Shown here: positions 22,129-24,894 of the stretch, piece after piece | Position numbering within the stretch: position 1 is the stretch's first letter | How the letters are laid out: the number at the start of each line of letters is the position of its first letter | Source: Zygophlyctis sp. KS116 | Lineage: Eukaryota; Fungi; Chytridiomycota | DNA length: 24,894 nucleotides | Assembly: GCA_054661495.1 (NCBI GenBank) | Contig: BAAFSQ010000141.1 | Coordinates: 1-24,894, forward strand | Reading direction: 5' to 3' | Position numbers and translations under genes: made by a program | Notes under the pieces: generated by a model | Told to the model about the DNA's origin: nothing | Seen by the model: the letters and a program-made list of their open reading frames with translations, nothing else | The model's database searches: none

Positions 22129-23812
22129 CTATTTGAATCTTTTCTCTAGTTGAATAATTTTTTCCAACAAATGCGATCCTTCGCAACTCTTGATAATATC
22201 TTCGGAACGAATATTAAGGGCTAAAGTCATTGATTGTAACGATTCCTTTGATTTTTTAGTCGATTTTAATGATATCAAGCCCGAATTTTCCAAGACAGTG
22301 ATCAAATCTCTAAACTCTTGCATATTAACGTGTTCAAGTCCATTTGATTTGCAGATTTTGGTATAGCCTTCGAATAACTCATGTTAGAAACAATAAAATC
22401 TTACCTGATCTAATTTTTGAATCTCACCAAGGCGATCTTTAAGAATAACCATGGTCACTAGAATGAGCTTCTGATTTGTGTGCAATTCGTTTAGGCGCAC
22501 AGAGCTTTGGTTATTGTTCAAGGATGAGCTAGCCGATATAATGTGGCGAATATTCACTTTTGGGACTTCATCGATGCTCTGAATAGGGCTATTGAAATTT
22601 GAAACTGCTAAAGTTTCACTTTGATTGGCTTGCGCTTCTGTTTCAACAAGTTCAATTGCTCTCCTAAATATTTGAATAGTATTAATGAATACCTGCATAT
22701 ATCCAATGCTTTCCTCAGGTCTCCACCACTAGCGATTTTTCTGGCTGCTATTTCTATGGCTGCTTTTTGCATCAAAGGAACGTCTGCCGATTCATTTTCT
22801 GTATCGGTATCAGCTACAGACATTAAACGATTTTGAATTATGGCTGATATTTCATTAACTTTGTAAGGATTAAAGTTCAAAAGTATAGGAGCACCTTTAA
22901 TAAGTAAAAGATTAAAAAATACATCCTTTAGCTAAAGATTAGTTAATAAATAAATACTTTTCAATCGAGGAAGAAACCGATCCGTTAAATTTAGAGCATT
23001 AGCGATACCGATCAAAACCAATTTAGATTCTTTTTTACTTGCCCATTCAAATAATGTGTATAATACTTGATTATCGTTTGTAACTAACTGATCTATTTCG
23101 TCTAAAATCACAAAACTAGGTGTTAATTCAAAGGATTTACAAAAGCTTGTTTGATTTCTTCGCTGGAAGAAGTATTTCTTCTAAAGATTTGTAGGAATTT
23201 TTGGAAACTTTGATATTTGGATCGATTTCGGATGCAATTGCCGAAAAAATACTTTTTGACGCAGATATATTCATACAATTGATGAAAACCTGCATAATCT
23301 TTTGATTCGACTAAGATATTTAATATAAAACACTAATATACATTTTTAAATTTTTGGGCTAGATTGTTACATACTTCATTAAGCAGTGCGGTTTTGCCCG
23401 TTCCTGGACATCCAGATATGTATAGAGCACCCGGCTTCCCATTAAGAACGTGATAATTTATGAAAGCTTCAATAGTTTTTCTCTCCTCATCTCGTCCAAT
23501 CAATTTAGCCGGAGTTGAGCATCTTCTAAATGCAGATTTAGCTGCCTGAAAAACACTAGATGGCGTTCTTGGAGTATTCACAATAGAATTGCCATTTTTT
23601 AAACCATGAGCATTCTTAACCTTTTTTGGAGTTGAATGCGCATCAAGCGGTTTATGAGGACTAGAATTCTTTTCATCGGCAGACTCGACTTTGGAATCTC
23701 TTGCATTCGGACGTGAAGTATTGGTCTTCCTCTGCGGCTTGGTAACTCTACCATTTCCCTTAATGTTTGTAACATTCTTAAGTCCTGTTCTTTGACCACT
23801 TCTAGTTTTCAT
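22129..23812 (-). CDS. CDC6: Cell division control protein 6 (Cdc6/Cdc18) replication licensing AAA+ ATPase
   Basis: LYISGCPGTGKT, INCM, ILDEIDQL, LFEW, IGIANALNLTDRFLPRL, GDLRKALDICR|RAIE, plus N-terminal S/T-P CDK sites. Introns 23311-23341, 23116-23140, 22932-22957, 22895-22922, 22664-22692 and 22378-22404. Confidence 0.94.
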
Positions 23813-23882
23813 ATTCAAAGACTTTTTAATTTCGGACAAAATCGCAAAATCTTAAAAGCGCCTATAGATTATTTATTCAATT

Positions 23883-24745
23883 TTAAAATTCCAATTGTTT
23901 GATAGAGTTTATCAAAACATCTACAGTTGGCTTTTCAAAAGAATTCTTTAATCGACTGATTTTATCAATAATCTGTTGCCCGTATACTACTTTACCAAAT
24001 GCAACATACTTGTAATCAAAATAGGGCATTGGTCTACAACCAATCATAAATTTACTGAAATTTGAATGCGGCCCTGAATTCACCATTGATAATACTCCTG
24101 GAGAGTCATGATGAAGAATAAAGTTTTCATCTTCAAATACAGCGTCTTTAATAATAGTTCCATTTTTATCACGTATTTCTAACAATAAGTTAATTTAATC
24201 TTACCCCCAACTTGAATCCATCCATCTGCAAGTACTCTACAAACTTTAGAATTACTATAAGAAATCGAGTTCTTTCCTTTCACCAAATCTAAGAATTTTG
24301 AGACTGTTTTCGGAGTTAAGTTATCAAACAACTATAATTAAGATACTAAATTTACTTGCATGATAATCTTGTCTTGAATCACATTATTGATTTTCATTTC
24401 TAATTCTACAATTGGATTATTAGTTTCTTTCAAGACTTTATATAAATTCTCTGAAGCAGATCTCTGTAGATCGGTTGAATCAAATTCCGCTTTAATCTTG
24501 AGATCATTCAAATCCGATATGATATTTCCTTTCATTAATATAAAATCCCTTGTAAAATGATGAAATGGGACTTTAGGATGTAATTTTACAAGATCATTTT
24601 TAAGTCTTTGGAATTCAGATGATAGCATTCCTGAAATTGAAGCATTTATACAATTCCTTTCAAGAATAAATTTAGCGGATTGATATTCAACTGATGATAC
24701 ATCGCCATACAATAAATAATCAGATGATGGATCTGATTTCAGCAT
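23883..24745 (-). CDS. Divergent cyclophilin with N-terminal extension, PPIL6-like (probably inactive PPIase)
   Basis: LFDNLTPKT, RVLADGWIQVG, FEDENF, GVLSMVNSGPHSN and PYFDYKYVAFGKVV. The GWIQ motif and the His-to-Tyr change (YVAFG) are PPIL6-like. Introns 24332-24355 and 24179-24204. Confidence 0.78.
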
Positions 24746-24894
24746 TCTAAAAGTCCCGATTGGGAAAGAAATACGGAAATTTCAGTTACTGATTAAGTAT
24801 AGGATTAGCATTGTACTACCAATGCATTATTAGAGTGTCCGAATAAAGTGATCCTGCAGACTAGGTCAAGGCTGTACCAATGTCGAAAGCTCTG

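Noticed and set aside
23813-23882. E2F/MCB-like cell-cycle element upstream of CDC6
   Set aside because: Only weak partial matches (ttttgcg, ggcgc); no ACGCGT or TTTSSCGC.
24746-24894. Possible 3' end of a neighbouring minus-strand gene or an ncRNA at the window edge
   Set aside because: One frame is open for about 29 codons, but there is no recognisable motif or structure and it is truncated by the window.

Overview
Eukaryotic, AT-rich and extremely gene-dense window, most consistent with a flagellated early-diverging (chytrid-like) fungus. This is an inference from fungal-type MRN1/GET1/TIM21 occurring with cilium-associated PACRGL and PPIL6 and with WNK and AFG2B-like genes. I reconstruct 19 protein-coding genes by hand. 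The fragmented ORF track is explained by about 52 miniature spliceosomal introns, almost all 23-31 nt. Gene order: secreted GDxK-repeat protein (partial), twinfilin, pinin-domain protein, USP deubiquitinase, CUE-Smr endonuclease, CDF zinc transporter, AFG2B-like AAA ATPase, WNK kinase, PACRGL, DCAF4-like WD40, TIM21, MRN1-like RRM protein, GET1, CCT8, a Kunitz-like Cys-rich protein, a catalytically dead patatin, an SLC44/CTL transporter, CDC6 and PPIL6. The unusual signal is the expression architecture: two divergent genes whose start codons abut (CAT|ATG), three convergent pairs with abutting or overlapping stop codons, an apparent GT-TG intron, a WNK gene with no usable AUG (candidate CUG start), a 9-nt microexon, and a different short repeat array in each of four promoter regions. 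No RNA genes, mobile elements or CRISPR arrays are supportable. All splice models are manual and not validated by transcripts.
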